Below are positions 1 through 13,684 of a stretch of DNA of 64,000 nucleotides, in pieces (within the stretch, counting starts at the first letter, position 1; each line of letters starts with the position of its first letter). The notes below the pieces were generated by a model. It did no database searches, was not told where the DNA came from, and saw nothing but the letters and a program-made list of their open reading frames with translations. Origin of the DNA: the human T2T-CHM13v2.0 reference genome, Homo sapiens; the NCBI RefSeq assembly GCF_009914755.1, contig NC_060926.1. One strand, 5' to 3'. Position numbers and translations under genes: made by a program.

Positions 1-840
1 TGGAACTAATAATACAAATTTAGAGAGAAGGGGAATAACCTAGTATGTCTTGTACGTGTCATTTCTGCATGATCTATAACTAGACAAAGCCAAATGAGAG
101 ATGTTGGTCCCACAAATCATTGAATTATGGTTTATTAAAGCAAGCATGCTCTAATCCACAAGGAAATGTAATGACATAAATGTTAATAATTCCATTTACA
201 TTATGGTACATGAAAGTGAGGCTCTTGATAAAGGGTAGATAAGAGGGTTACTCTCTTCTTCTGTCAAATACTCTTTGTGCACATATTCTATAGATTGGTT
301 TTCTACCATGAAGGTTTTCCAAAATTGCTGGCCAACCATTATTTTATTGTCTTGCCTGGATTTTCCTGTTTCTGGATCCAACACTTCACAGGAAGCTGTA
401 TGCTCCTGAATACATTTGACAGTAATATTAATACAGGTCTTAACTGTAACATTGGCAGATGAAGATTTGGAAACCAAAGAAACAAAAGGTGACTCTTGTT
501 ATTTGCATGTCTGGAAAGTTGACCATCTGTTCATTTCTACTCTGCTAGTTTATGAACTTGTGGTAGTGTAGGTATGGGTATAGTATAGGTTAGCATTTCT
601 GAATAATGGAATTGAGGCTCACTGTGTCACAACTGTGTTTTGCAAGACATAAACCATTAATGACAGATACATTACTAATAATTGCAAAACCACCTTGAAT
701 TACAATAACTTACCAGATTATCATTGCAATTATACCATTTTCGCTTGCATTCAGATATCAGTTTTTAAGTGTGAAATATAATATTTAAATTACACCACAA
801 ACATGAGAAATTGAAGAAATTGGTCTAAACCTGGCTACCA

Positions 841-1030
841 AAAGAGGCCTCAGAGTACGGCCTTGCTCCCTTCACCAAAATGATGAAGCAAGAAGGTATC
901 ATCTATGAACCAGACAAGAGGCCTTCATCAGACCTTGAATCTGCTGGTAGCTTGATCTTAAGTTTCTCAGCCTGTAGAACTATAAGAAATAAATTTATGT
1001 TGTTTATAAGCTACTCAATCTGTGATATTT
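841..1030 (+). mobile_element. MLT1A-type MaLR LTR, 3' half (inverted relative to its own 5' half)
   Basis: aaagaggcctcagag...gaatctgctggtagcttgatctt...cagcctgtagaactataagaaataaatttatgttgtttataagc matches the MLT1A0 3' half. Confidence 0.75.
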
Positions 1031-1035
1031 CACTA

Positions 1036-1187
1036 TTTTTATAAGAGTACTTATCCTATTCATGAGAGCTGCCCTTATCACCTGGTCATATCCTAAAAGT
1101 CCCCACTTCCTAATACCATAACCTTGGGAGTTAGGATTCCAACATACTAATTTTGGGGTTAGGGGAACAGACATTAAGTCCATAGCA
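1036..1187 (-). mobile_element. MLT1A-type MaLR LTR, 5' half
   Basis: Reverse complement reads tgctatggacttaatgtc...ccccaaaattagtatgttggaatcctaactcccaaggttatggtattaggaagtgggg...ctcatgaatagg...cttataaaa, the MLT1A 5' half. Confidence 0.75.
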
Positions 1188-1519
1188 TTACATATGTAAC
1201 TACAGATAATATAGATTATGTGTATGTGTGTGTATAGGCTTATCTGTATAAATATATCACAGATAAAATAGACCGAAAAATCAACATTTCTATTGATCAT
1301 AGCCCTTTCACTACTGACCACATTGTATATAAATCTATTAACCTGATAATCTTCCCATTAATGTAAGTAAACAACTTGAAACTGAGGGCTATGCATTGAG
1401 TTTTCAGTGATTTATAGTGTGGCTGCCATTTTGCAAGCTTGGTCAAATAAATGCATGATGATTTGATACTCAGGTATTTATTTTTTCAATATCATATACA
1501 GATAAGGAAAATTCTAAGG

Positions 1520-2046
1520 CTGCATGTGATACTACTCCTCTATTTGTCCTTCTAAATAGAGTATCTGCATTTCTCCCCTCTGTTCTATGCTCCAGGAGGC
1601 TGAACTCTATGGAGTACATGAGCAGGCTTGTTAACATGCCAGCTTCAAGTTGAATTTGGTCTGTGGGGAACTCTAGCAGGAGATCGGTGGTGGGGAGGAG
1701 AGTGGGGTCAGGAAACTTATTACACTAACTCGCTCCAGTAGCTCTGACATTGACTGCTGGAATTCCTAACTGAAGATCACAGCTCTGTCAGGTGGCTAGC
1801 TCCTTCTCTCTCTTTAGCTCTCTCCCTGTCTTCAGGGCCTGGTAACAAGTCTCTATTTCCAACTCATCAGGCCTGAAGACATTGGTGGTGCTCAGCTCCT
1901 TGATGTTATTGGCCTAGTAACCTGCAGTCTCTTGAACTCTCCCTTAAACATGCACACACTTTTCTAAACAGTTCTTTATTAAATGCTCTTTAAATTATCC
2001 AATTTCCTCATGCCTTCTGTTTCCTTCCAGTGCTTTACCTGGTACA
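1520..2046 (+). mobile_element. LTR33-like ERVL solo LTR
   Basis: gcaggagatcgg...gaggagagtggggtcagg core; 3' end ttattaaatgctc...aattatccaattt...tctgtttccttccag...ggtaca. Confidence 0.6.
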
Positions 2047-2464
2047 CTCATCTCAGTGGAGTAAATCCTGAATATAGAAAATGTTCTTACATTGCCAAAT
2101 CATGTTGATTTAATTTTTAAACTACTAATTCAAAGTTATTCATGGAAATGTAATTTTTATTCCAACTAGAGAGTGATGTATTTATAAAAACCAATTCCCT
2201 AATGGCATTTAAAATCAAAGCTCTTTGACAATTTTCACATTGACTTAAAGAAGCAAATAATATATAATATTCAGTTAAACTGCCACACCATGAAATGATG
2301 CTACTAAGGATTTATTGTGACTTTTTACTCTTGGATATAGCTAATAAAAGTATTTGAGATTAACAAGGTATGACTTCCCTACCTTCCCCTGTTGTGACAT
2401 TAATGACTTATTCCTCTCCTTCACTCACAGTAGTTTCCTGTGGTTGTTTAAACTTGGAAGCTTA

Positions 2465-2780
2465 TTTTCTACTCAGGGCCTTTATACCTGAATGGACCAC
2501 CTTCCTCCTAGATCATTCTGTGTTTTACTCCTTTCCCTTACTCAGGTCTTAACTCAGATGTCACCTTTACAGAGGCTTCCTCTATTCTATTGAAAACACA
2601 CACCAGTCTGCCCTCTGCCACCTCCTAGAACACTAACCTGAACATGTGTTCTTTAGTATTTTCACTATCTAAAAATATGTTATGTATGTAGGTATTATTG
2701 GTATTCGTCCTCCCCTGACATATACTCTGTAGGAACAAGGACTGCGTTTTTCTTCAGGGGCTAGAACAGTCCTTGGTAAG
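2465..2780 (+). mobile_element. L2 3' fragment
   Basis: ctcagggcctttatacctg...caggtcttaactcagatgtcacctttacagaggcttcc...gggctagaacagt. Confidence 0.55.
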
Positions 2781-2799
2781 CAATATTTTTAACAGCATT

Positions 2800-2852
2800 A
2801 TACACACACACATACACATACATATCTATCTATCTGTCTGTCTATCTATCTG
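2800..2852. repeat. (CA)n/(TCTA)n microsatellite
   Basis: Direct sequence. Confidence 0.8.
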
Positions 2853-2854
2853 TA

Positions 2855-3530
2855 ACGTACAATCTAATGTGTATAGTTTAATGCACTGAGTTGTACAACC
2901 ATCTCCGCAATCAATTTAAGAATATTTTGTTACTTCAGAAAAAAACCTTTACCCTTTAGCCACCCCCCCACCGCTACCTCCTCAGTACGCCAAGCACTGG
3001 ACAACCACTCTTCTTTGTGTCCTAAAGCTTTGCCTATTCTGACCATTTTATATAAATGGAATTACATAATATATGGTCTTCTTTTGTGACTAGCTTTTTT
3101 TTTCACTTGTCACGTTTTCAAGATTCATACATATTGTGGCATGTGTCAGTACTTCATTTCTTTTTATGGCTGAATAATATTTCATTGTATGAATATAACA
3201 CATTTTATCCATTCATTTATCAGTTGACAGACATTTGTTTTTTTCTTTACTAGTTTTTGGCTATTATGAAAAATGCCGCTATAAACACTTGTGTACAAAA
3301 TTTTACATGAACCTATGTTTTCATTTGGGCATATACTTAGCAGTAGCGTTACTAGATTATATGGTAGCTCTCTGCTTAATTGTCTAAGGAGCTGCCAGAC
3401 TGTTTTTCAAAGTGGTCATACCATTTTACGTTTCTACCAGCAGAGTATGAGGGGTCCAATTTTTCCAGTTCTCACCAACATGTTCTATTACCTGTCTTTT
3501 TTATTATAGTCATTCTAGTAGATGTGAAGG
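2855..3530 (-). mobile_element. L1MB-type 3' end fragment
   Basis: ttgtacaaccatctcc...tttgcctattctgaccattttatataaatggaattaca...ctgccagactgtttttcaaagtgg. Confidence 0.7.
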
Positions 3531-3721
3531 CAACTATTATTTTTCATTGTATATACAACTCAGCATATCCTAATTTAAGTCAAATCATAAATACTACATA
3601 TAATCTTGTATTTTACTTGATTTTAAAAGGTAATAGCATGAGTTTGAGGACTAAATTTTTTGGAAAAAAAAAGAGTAAATATGCATTGCTTTATTCTATT
3701 ACCAGAAATCTTCAGCAAACT

Positions 3722-4098
3722 ACTCTTAGGGACTTCATGTTTGTGTCCCCACCACCCAAAATTTATATATTGAAATTCTAATTCCTAATGTGATGTCATT
3801 TGGAGATGGGGCCCTTAAGAGGTAAGTGGGTCATGAGGATGCAGCTCTTATGATGGGATTAGTGTATCTGTAAGGAGAGACACAAGAGAACTTGCTTTCC
3901 CCCATTCCACACACTCTCTCTGTGACATTTCATGCCATGTGAGGTAATAACAGGAAGAAAATCCTCACCAGGAATTGGATGGGTCACTACATTAAGCATG
4001 GACTTTCTAGTCTCTGAAACTGTTAGAAATAAATTTATATTATTTAAGCCATCCAGTCTATGGTATTTTTGTTCCAGAAATCTGAACTGATTAAGACA
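3722..4098 (+). mobile_element. MLT1A MaLR solo LTR
   Basis: atgtttgtgtcccc...tttggagatggggccc...aataaattt...aagccatccagtctatggtattttt...taagaca. Confidence 0.8.
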
Positions 4099-5090
4099 AC
4101 TACAATTATTGTTTTCCTAGAATAATAGCAGTTATAGAATGATGTTACTCCAAGTGCTCTATATAACGTAACAATTGATCTCAATTTAGCAATGGGCAAG
4201 AGAAATTTTAGAGTCTTCTCATGGTCTAAAAATACCAATAGCCTTAAAGATAGTGGCAGAAATATACTTGGGGGGGAAGGCTTGTGTGTTTGTGTGTCTG
4301 CAGGGGGCATAGGATGGGTATTTTCTATCGTTAAATTTTCCTCCCCAGAGAAGGAAGAAATGGATCATTTGCAACACATTCTACTTAGAATCTGTTTTTC
4401 CCCATTTGAATACATGCTCTTTTAAGGTGTGGAGGAGACTCCCTTTATAGAGTAATAGATTGCAGATTTGCAACCTATCAACAACGACTTGTCAAATGTG
4501 AAGAGGCATATATTTACAAGAGAGATTTCAACACTTTGTGGGCAGACCATAATCCCAGGTCTCTTTTAGGCTAATAAAAAAAAGAAATTTTAATTCCATT
4601 GAAGATTAGCTGATAATAAAAATTATCACAACATAGACAGAGAAAATAAATTTGTAATTGTTTATTGTACCTTTCATATTTACCAAAATGATGTCATGAA
4701 TTTCCTTAATTTGGCCTGTCATAAATCTCAAATGCTAGTGGTAGTCTATAAACAACTAAATGCAATAAATGAAAATATTTTTGATAGCATGCACAAGTAA
4801 TATGTATTGTTTTTCCTTTTTTTCTGATGATGATCATAAAGCACTTATGAGATAACATGTTTGTGTGACACAACTCTCATAGTAACCAGAAAAATGTGCT
4901 TGTTACTGAAGTTCAATACTGACTGATAATAGCTAATACAAAAATGGCCACAGAAAAACGTTACAGATTATTTATTTTACTATCACCTTATTATTTTTAT
5001 CCATGGTATTTGGATTATACTTGGAACATATCAGAATATTTTCATGTAAGATAATATTGCAAATAAAATAAAAATTCTGTGTGATTTTAT

Positions 5091-5392
<302 letters not shown>

Positions 5393-5479
5393 TGCTTTGT
5401 GATTTTATATGTATATATCAAATCAATTCAGGGCAACTTCTCCAGCCCTGCATTCTCTTTCCTTCCTTCCATCTCCGCC

Positions 5480-6025
5480 ATCCTTACCTCTATTGAGCTT
5501 ATTCTAATGGGTGGAAAAGACAATGAAAATATATAAGAAATAAATATGAATGTTTTGAACCACAAAAGAAAGAGTGATAGGATTGGTGGAGAAGGGGCGT
5601 GTATGTAAACAGAGAGTCCTAGGGGCAAATGAAGGAGGAATGGCTGGGGCAGAAGAAACAGCAGATGCAAGGAGACAGGAGTAAGCTTGCAACACTTAAG
5701 GAGCATAAAGGTGGCCGGTGTGGTTAGAAAGATGTAGGTGATGGCAGGTAAAGTCAAAGAGGGAATGAAGACTGTGGAAGAGCTTGAACTGATTAATAAC
5801 CACATCTAGTCTGTATTTCAGCTTCCATCTAGCTGCTGTGTTGTACACAGACTGTAGTGGGAATACTCGTGGAAGCAAGGTGGGTGGTAGGAGGCCGCTG
5901 CAATAATCCACTTGAGACATGATGGTGCTTTGGACTAGAGTGTAAGCAGTAGGTTAGAAAGAAGAATATATAAGATAGGATATTTTGGATATAGAATAAG
6001 AGAAAAAGAGAAGTCAAAGGTGTCA
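5480..6025 (-). mobile_element. L2 fragment
   Basis: gagcttattctaatgg...ggaggccgctgcaataatcca...gatggtgctttggactagagt...gaagtcaaagg. Confidence 0.6.
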
Positions 6026-7060
6026 TATAGGTGGGTGGCATGATCTTATGAGTTTTAGTGCTGTGGCAAAAAAAAAAAAGAAAGAAAAGAAAATCCTAAT
6101 GCTTAATCTACTCTCTGGACAAAGAAAATAACATGGGCAGTTTTCCAGTTGTACAAGAAAATAACAGAAATTGATACATTAATGTATAATAAGTGATATC
6201 AGGTAATGTCCAATGGTGGTTTGGTTTTTGTCAAATCGCGTTAATTTTCATATTGTTCTAATATGTTTTTATAGCTTTCTGGAATAATAATAGAAAACAA
6301 AATCATCAGATTTAGCATTCTTTGGCTAAGCAAGGACTTTGTAGAAGTTTCACTTGTTCTCTCTCATGATTGGTATTTCTGTGGTAGAGATTAGAATAAC
6401 CTGTGCCAAGGCCACAAAGGCTCTAACACATCAAGGTCAAAGTGAATTAAACTGTTTCATGTCCCAAAACATGTTGAGTAATCTGGAAACAGAATTGAAT
6501 CCAAGCAGAGTGAAATGACAAGTGGTTTAACTTGTCATTATGGAAATATGACAATTGAAAATATGTGCTGTTATGTGTGGCTTTGTTTCTCTTTTCAATT
6601 CATAATATAATGGAATTTTAACTGATTGTTAAATTGTCAAATATCAAAGCCCTCAAGATTTATACAAATTACATTGTTTATGTTATATTTTTTTGAGCAG
6701 GAAGTTGCTTTTTAGGAATATAAGCATTAGAAAATAGTGAAATCCATAGTGCTTTCCTTAAGCAATGTTTCTAAATGTAACAAAAATAGTATTTTTTTTT
6801 TTTTTGCTTCTAGACATTTCCAAAACTTGCTGCTGACTACTAAATTATTTTGAAATAAAAAACGGGACCAAGGATAGAAATAAACAAGTATAAACGAAAA
6901 GTCTCAAGTTTTTCTGCCTTGAGGAATCCAGATGACTAAGAACTGAGTTAACTGCTTTTAATTAGAGTGACATCCAGGATTTCACATGAGTTCCCTCCTG
7001 AAGTATTCTGATGCTCTTTACACAGTACCCAACATTCCATAGATATTGCGTGCTCTATAC

Positions 7061-7215
7061 CAGGGGAGTTGATAAAGCACAGCAAAATGCCTTTTTAAAA
7101 AATTGGAACAGAGCTACTGATATTCATTTAGAATTGTGACAAGGACCTTATGATACTCAAAGCTGAAAATATTTACAATCTGGCCCTTTATAGAAAAAGT
7201 TTGCTGACTTTTGCT
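7061..7215 (-). mobile_element. MER58A (hAT-Charlie), internally deleted
   Basis: aaaatatttacaatctggccctttatagaaaaagtttgctgac terminus. Confidence 0.65.
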
Positions 7216-7399
7216 CTACAGTATGGCTCCAAGCATCCTACTATGCCTGTGGGAATGTCCTTTCGCCAGTTCCTCCAGAACCCTGCAGTTGTCTCTGGAC
7301 TTCATCTTAATGCATGGCATGAACCGCTTACCTAAGATCTTAAAATTTGCCAAAGACCAAGTAGTAATATTTAACAAAAATTTAAGAAACCAAGTAGGG

Positions 7400-7710
7400 A
7401 AAGACAGTGACTGGAAAGTAATGTTGTTTGCTCGCCTGGGTTTTGGCTACATAGGCATGTTTAGTGTGTGATAATTCAAGAAGCCACACATACTTATGTG
7501 CACAGATTACAGTTCAATCAAAAGTAAAAGCAATGCATTGAGAGCTTGTGCATAAGGTGAAGGATTATAGATCTGGACAGAAAACAAATAAATTGCAACA
7601 GTGTCCTATTCTGCTTTAGCCATGGGCCATGCTTCTGGAAGTGGGATACTCTTGTTACTTCTCAAATAAAGGGAATGTTGAAAATTTGATATATTCAGAA
7701 AAAAACATTA
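7400..7710 (+). mobile_element. L3/CR1 fragment
   Basis: ctattctgctttagcc...ctgg...aagggaatgttgaaaatttgatatattcagaa resembles CR1 ORF2 3' region. Confidence 0.4.
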
Positions 7711-9330
7711 TTAATTAAAATATGCTTTTGCCCACATAAATATCTCCTTAGTCACAGACCATGCTTCCCTGCTGGGATGTCCTTTCATTTTCTCCTTAGC
7801 TCAGAGCTGGGGGCACCATTCAGTTGTTCAGAAGCCCCCAAATATCTTCCCTTTACCCCAATCCAGACTCCTCACTCTCTGCCTTTCCCAAAGAAAGGAG
7901 GAGATGTTTTCTTACATACACTCCGTTCCCCATTCAACCCCATAATAATACCTACAATGACACAAGAGTGATCACAATGAACTCAGAATATCATTATTAT
8001 GCAGATTAGCCTGGCTCTTGGTTCTCTTGCATATCCTGAATACAATTTTCCTTTACAGTGAAATAATCAAAATACCTATAAAGGTCCGCCCCAACCCCAC
8101 TCCACCAACCACAAAAAAAGTAAAAGAGTTATTGACCTTTAGGATGACTTTTCCTCCATACCCTGAGCATCTAGTGAGTAATCCACACTGTAACCACCTT
8201 AAAGTTGCAGGTTGCCCACCAGGAGAAGCTCACAGATCTGTTGGGAAATTATCAGATTTAAGAATCAACACTCTATCTTTTGTGATGCATTGCTTCTTGC
8301 TTTATGTGAGAACCTGCGCACTAGATAAGTTATTCTAGCCAGATACCTACTATTCTAGGGTACAGTGCCCCCAACAGTCTTTGATAAGAATCACTGTATT
8401 CGTGTATAAGTTAGTTATTTAAAAGCACATACATTGATGAAAACAACATTTGGTAACTTTGTCCACAGTTTAAACAGACAGAGATAGGTTTCCAGCTGCT
8501 ACCACTATACAACAAAAACTAAATTTACACTGACAAAAATACTTTGATATACTCAAAATTATATTTAACTGTTTATTCTGAGGTTGTTTTCCTAAGCACC
8601 CTTGCTTGGTTTCCCCAAACTTAATTCATGGAAATTAAATCATAAACCTTCGCTGATCCTTGTGCTCAGAAATTGCTCCAAGCAACACCCCTTCAACCCG
8701 ATACTACAAGTCATACACATACTGTTGACTAAGAACCTATTATCTCTTACACCCACCTAACTTTTTCCATCCATCATCCTGGCTTTGCACTAAAAGTTCT
8801 GACTTCATGTGCTTAGCCTGGGGTGCCTCCCTGCGATGCTGCTACAATCTAACAAAGCTATTATTGCATCTGTAAGTGAGTATTCTCTCAGGCAGGTTGT
8901 TTAGAAGTAGAATTAATGCTATTAAATGAAATGCTTTTATATTTATGGGTATAATCCTCACAATCTGAAGAGGACTGTTCAATGGGGAGAGACTTAGATT
9001 TTAGGCATAATCTGCAAATTATATATTATTCTTTAATTTAATATGACCGTATTGCTGGAGTCTTCTAATTATTAGTACCTGTGTTAGAAGTGGTGGTGGT
9101 TGGGGGTATGCAACTCAAAAGATGCATAAGATACAGTCTCCACTCACAAGAATCTCAGGGCAAGATGTTGCCTAGCCAAAATACTATTAGGGCTTGAGGT
9201 AGAGCCACGAACCATCCTGATTTCCCAGGACATGAGACTTTCAGCAGTAAATACAGAAGAAACAAAAAGGAACAGTTGGTCACTCTCCTGGAAAGTCTGG
9301 TGTACTTTCTTGAAAACCATCTCCAAAAGA

Positions 9331-9530
9331 GAAGTTTCAACTAACTTTTTCTATAAAGGGTTTTGTGGGCTGCATTTTTTTATTGCAACTATCCAATTCT
9401 GCCATTGTAGCATGAAAGCACCCATAGACAATAGGCACATTAATAAGTGTGGTTATGTTCCAATAAAACTCCATTTACAAAATGAGGCCAAGAGCTGGAT
9501 TTGGCCCATTGGCTGTGCTTTGTTGATTCT
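9331..9530 (+). mobile_element. MER58A (hAT-Charlie)
   Basis: aactttttctataaaggg...tctgccattgtagcatgaaagcacccatagacaata...gttccaataaaact...ggatttggccc. Confidence 0.75.
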
Positions 9531-10059
9531 ACAACTGAACCCCTCTTATGTTAAAATTGTCTGCTCTGGTCTCCATTGATTTTCACATATATTTAGGCAT
9601 ATACAAACCTGTATTACTATTTGATTTATAAGGCTTATTAATATTGTTGCCATCATATGTATTTATAGAAGGAGTGTCATAGAATTTAAAATATCGCAAA
9701 CACATGAACATATAGGAAATAGGGTTACTATATTAAAAACTATTGTACCAGTCTAATCCCTGGTATCATTCTCAGCTTTACCTCTTATAATCTTCTTATG
9801 CATTTATTTAGGTAGAAGTCTGAAAAGGAATTGGAGGAGGGTACATTTACTATATAGTTCTATATGTCCCACTGCATTTCACTGTTTTGATTATGCTTTG
9901 TTAATTGTACCTCTCTCATCTACCTTGTATCTATATCGCTTCTTGATAAATATTTTCCAAATTTAAATTCAATGGAAAGATGTGATATCTTTTCGAAAGA
10001 TAGCTCAGTTGAACATCATCTCCCTTCCCCCCGCTCCAGTAACCCCATTCCTTTCCTCC

Positions 10060-10470
10060 TACCTTCCATGCTCTCTTCGGTCACCTACCATTGTACCTAC
10101 TACATCCTCAGTTGGAATGTCCTTTTTTTTTTTTTCTTCGGTCAAACTAAAACTGACCATTCTTTAGACTGCAGCTCAATCGTTGCTTCTTCAGGAAACT
10201 TTCCCTAACCTCCTTGAATAGGTCCAACTCACTATTATAGAGTCTTATATAACAGATGTTCCTTGTTTTTCTTTTTCCTTTAAGCATTTGTCATAGCTGC
10301 AATTTAGTGATTTGATGTTTGATATTTAAAATTTTTAGAAATGTCTGTCTGCTCTTCTATATTGTAAACACTAACAAGATAGTGTCTGGTTTTGCTCACC
10401 ACTTTATTCCCAAAGTGTAGCATGATACCTGATACAGTGTATGTTTAATCAATAAATTTAATAAAGGGAT
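10060..10470 (+). mobile_element. L2 3' end
   Basis: gcagctcaatcgttgcttcttcaggaaactttccctaacc...ttttgctcaccactttattccc...cctgatacag...tcaataaattt. Confidence 0.55.
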
Positions 10471-11341
10471 ATTTAATGAAGAAATAAGTGAAATTTTAAT
10501 TTGACAGAAATGAGACACTAAATACTTAGGAGATAGAAGAATTTATTTTAGTAAAATCAGTATTGGTATGAGTTTCAAAGGAAAAAAAATTTGACTTGCT
10601 ATTGCTATGTAAACATTTAAAAATGTGTATTGTAGACATCACTGGACAACAGTCTCCTTGCATTTTTAATTATCAAACATTAGTAAAGAAGCATGCATTA
10701 GTGTATAAAATGTTTCAGATTCATAATGGGATTTTATTATGATAACGTTCAGCAGTGTGAAAAATTGCTGCCTAATTAAAATTTATTTCTATAGTCCTAC
10801 ATTGTTTGCAAATCAAGATATTGACAGCCAGTATCACAATTATAACTTAATCTTGCTTTCTTCTGCTGGGGCTGCTATTAGAATTTTCTTTTTCTTTGCC
10901 AATATGGATGTTACATGAAGTGTTGCTTTTGTGTAATGATGGAAAGATTGAAGCTCTTTCTATATTCAATACAAAACTAAAGAAGGGATTCATTGTATAT
11001 TGTTAATCAATTACTATGTGTGTGTGTCAGTTAATGGCAGCTTATCTTCAGAATGCTGTGTTTTTCTTTCTCAGAGACTATAGTGACTTAAGGCCAGCAC
11101 AATGTGCATCCACCTGAGTAGAAAGGTGAGAGGGCATCTATGTACCTCATTATAAAAAGTTATTGCAAAGTTACTTAAGGAATCCCAGTGGAAAATGATC
11201 AAAACAGAGGTGAGGGTTTCACTTGATTTTCCTGGGCTCATGTTTTTAGTGATCATGGCATCGGTTTCAAGGACTTCGTCACTGAGCTAAAATTTCTTAA
11301 CTTAGTGTAAATTTTGCTTGTTAAGCTGTGAAAAGTCAGTC

Positions 11342-11518
11342 TAGTGGTTCTCAATCTTGGCTGTACATTGTAATCACTTGGGAGCTTCAACAACTACTGA
11401 TGTCCACATACTACCCCTCACAATTACTGTGTAATTGGTTTGAAATGTAACCTGGGCAGCAGGATTTCTGAAAGCTTCCTGGGTGAGTCTCATATGTAGC
11501 CAAGTTTAAAAACCATTG
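11342..11518 (+). mobile_element. MER5B
   Basis: agtggttctcaatcttggctgtacattgtaatcacttgggagc...agccaagtttaaaaaccattg, with terminal inverted repeats. Confidence 0.7.
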
Positions 11519-11635
11519 ATGCAGGAAAATTCAGACTAGGAGGAACTTTAGAGATGTCCAAACAACAGCAACAACAACAAAAATACTAAGGTCTTCTTTC
11601 AATGGCCCTGATTTACCTTTTTATTTCCTTGTAAC

Positions 11636-12275
11636 TGCTATTCAAGGAGTGTTCCCTAGACAAGCATCATCATATCACCTGGGAGGGTGCTAGACAGGCA
11701 GAATCTCAGTCTCAGATGTATGCCAACTGAAATTAAGGCTGTTGGGGCAGAGATAATTTGATAAAGGTTTATTGAAAGCCAAATTTGACTATAAACCCAG
11801 GAAGACACAGCAACAAATTCGGGCATGTTCCGAAGTCTATTACAAGTTGGAATGTTTTTATAGGCAAGTGTAGGAGAGGGAGGGGTACTCCTCACATCGC
11901 AGTTTTTTTTTTTTTTTTTTTTTTTTTTCATTGGAAGGTACAAAACAGTGGTTACAATCAATGGTACAAATGAAAACATACAGGCTAAAATGTGTTACCT
12001 GCAAGTCAATCAGTAAAACTTCATGATTCAGAAACAAATTGGTGTCCATTTTAATGTCAGTAGATTATGTATTAATCAGTATGTCAACTATTGAGAAACT
12101 CACGATAAGATTTAAGGGACTTACAATAAGATTCTTTACTCAGAAACAAGACATAAGCCATGAATCATAAGGCCTTCTCCAGGTTGTTGATTTGGAGGCC
12201 TGCCAAATGTGACCTGTAGGTTATCATTTACTAAATCAGAATCTGCATTTTAACATGCATGTTTGAAAAATGTGT
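11636..12275 (+). mobile_element. MER5A split by an ERV1 LTR (pieces about 11636-11727 and 12228-12275)
   Basis: atcacctgggag...gcagaatctcag before the LTR; aatcagaatctgcattttaaca after it. Confidence 0.65.
11728..12226 (-). mobile_element. ERV1 solo LTR (MER90/MER92-like)
   Basis: TG..CA bounded; minus strand starts tgataacctacaggtcacatttggcagg; has TATA-like and aataaa signals; subfamily uncertain. Confidence 0.55.
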
Positions 12276-12621
12276 GTTTATAGCACATTTATTTTTCTGT
12301 TCATTTTATTTATTGCTTCTTCCAAAGTTTTTCCAGTCTGCTTATTTTATGCTATCAAATAGACATAAGATATCACTGGAGTTAATGGCTAATCCTTTTG
12401 CTTCATGAAAATAGATGATCATTTAAGTCCCCCAAGTATGAAGCTTCTAAGTTAGAAATTCTCCAGTTACTTGTACAGTCTAAGTTTCTTTGAATATGGA
12501 AATTTGTTTCTAATCATTAAAAAACCTTTTATTACATAATTTCCAAAAAATACCTATTGTTTTTATGTGGCATATGTCTTATGGTTGTGAGTGTTGGATT
12601 ATGCTTTTTATTATATACTGC

Positions 12622-12665
12622 ATATATATATATACATATATATATGTATATATATATATATATAT
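12622..12665. repeat. (TA)n microsatellite
   Basis: Direct sequence. Confidence 0.9.
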
Positions 12666-13684
12666 GCATTTTATTATGTATTTCAAATTCTGGTATGTTA
12701 TATTCCTGGTAAAGTATTTTTCAGGAATTCAATGGATTTTTTGTTCTGAAGACTGATGTTTCAAAGATAAAATGTTTTTAAATTCTTCTAATGCTGTATT
12801 TTATTTTGAACCTTCAACAAAGAACATTTTCTGATGTCTCGGTGTTAACTGTGAAGAATACTTGGGTGCTTTCATTTACCCTTTCGTTATAGCAATAGGA
12901 GAATTCGCATCAGTTTGAGTGGATAGTTTCATAATAAAAGTCAATCCAGTAGTGAAACCATTGTGATGAAGCTTTGTCCAGCATTACAAATTACATTTTA
13001 ATGGGTTAGAAATAAATTTTGATTAGTTCTGTCTTTTTGTTCTTGGATTAAATGTAGAGCAGTTCCTTGCATGCTGAATCAGCACTTGTTATTAGCACTT
13101 TACTCCATTTAAGTTGGAATTTTATCTATTCCACTCCTCTCCCTTGACATAGCACAACTAAGCTCCATATTGAAGTTAATAGGAATAACATAAAACAAGC
13201 TTGCCTTCTATGCTACAATGACAAAAATTAATTAGTTCATGATTAAGGATGATGATGTGGCATTGAATTTCCAACCATGTCATTTTCTCACACATCTTGT
13301 GACATTTTGCAACAGTTGGCTCATTGCTAGTTGTAATTTTATAATGTAGTGCTAGTGGAAATTATTTTCTGCAGTTGAAATTTTTTATGCTTGATAAAGA
13401 GACACATGAGCCTTTTGGGAAAAGAAAACATTCTGGCAGAAGTAGAGACTTGTTTTGACTTTCACACTAACCTATGTGTTGGATGAGATTGACTAGTTAG
13501 CATGGACATGGGTGAAAGTTAAACTCTCTAATTCAAGGAATTTTCACATAACTGTATAAAGTAGCATCTCACTCCTCAGTCCCATGCCATTTAAATTAAA
13601 GGCATATTCTCTGGCTATGCCAAATGGAGTGAGAATGAAATGCTCACTCCATTTCATGATTTGTGAAATGCAGTGTTCATGGTG

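Noticed and set aside
196-477. 93-aa minus-strand ORF with protein-like composition (EVLDPETGK...)
   Set aside because: Starts at TTG, has no recognisable domain and no convincing splice donor; this length is compatible with chance.
6920-7015. Several ATGA/CTGA words suggesting a C/D-box snoRNA
   Set aside because: No canonical RTGATGA C box with a terminal stem and no recognisable guide sequence.
12700-13620. Possible gag/protease of the Gypsy fossil (e.g. FVLGL near 13035)
   Set aside because: No DSGA-like or CCHC motif could be read; matches are too short. No LTR, PBS or PPT was identified either.
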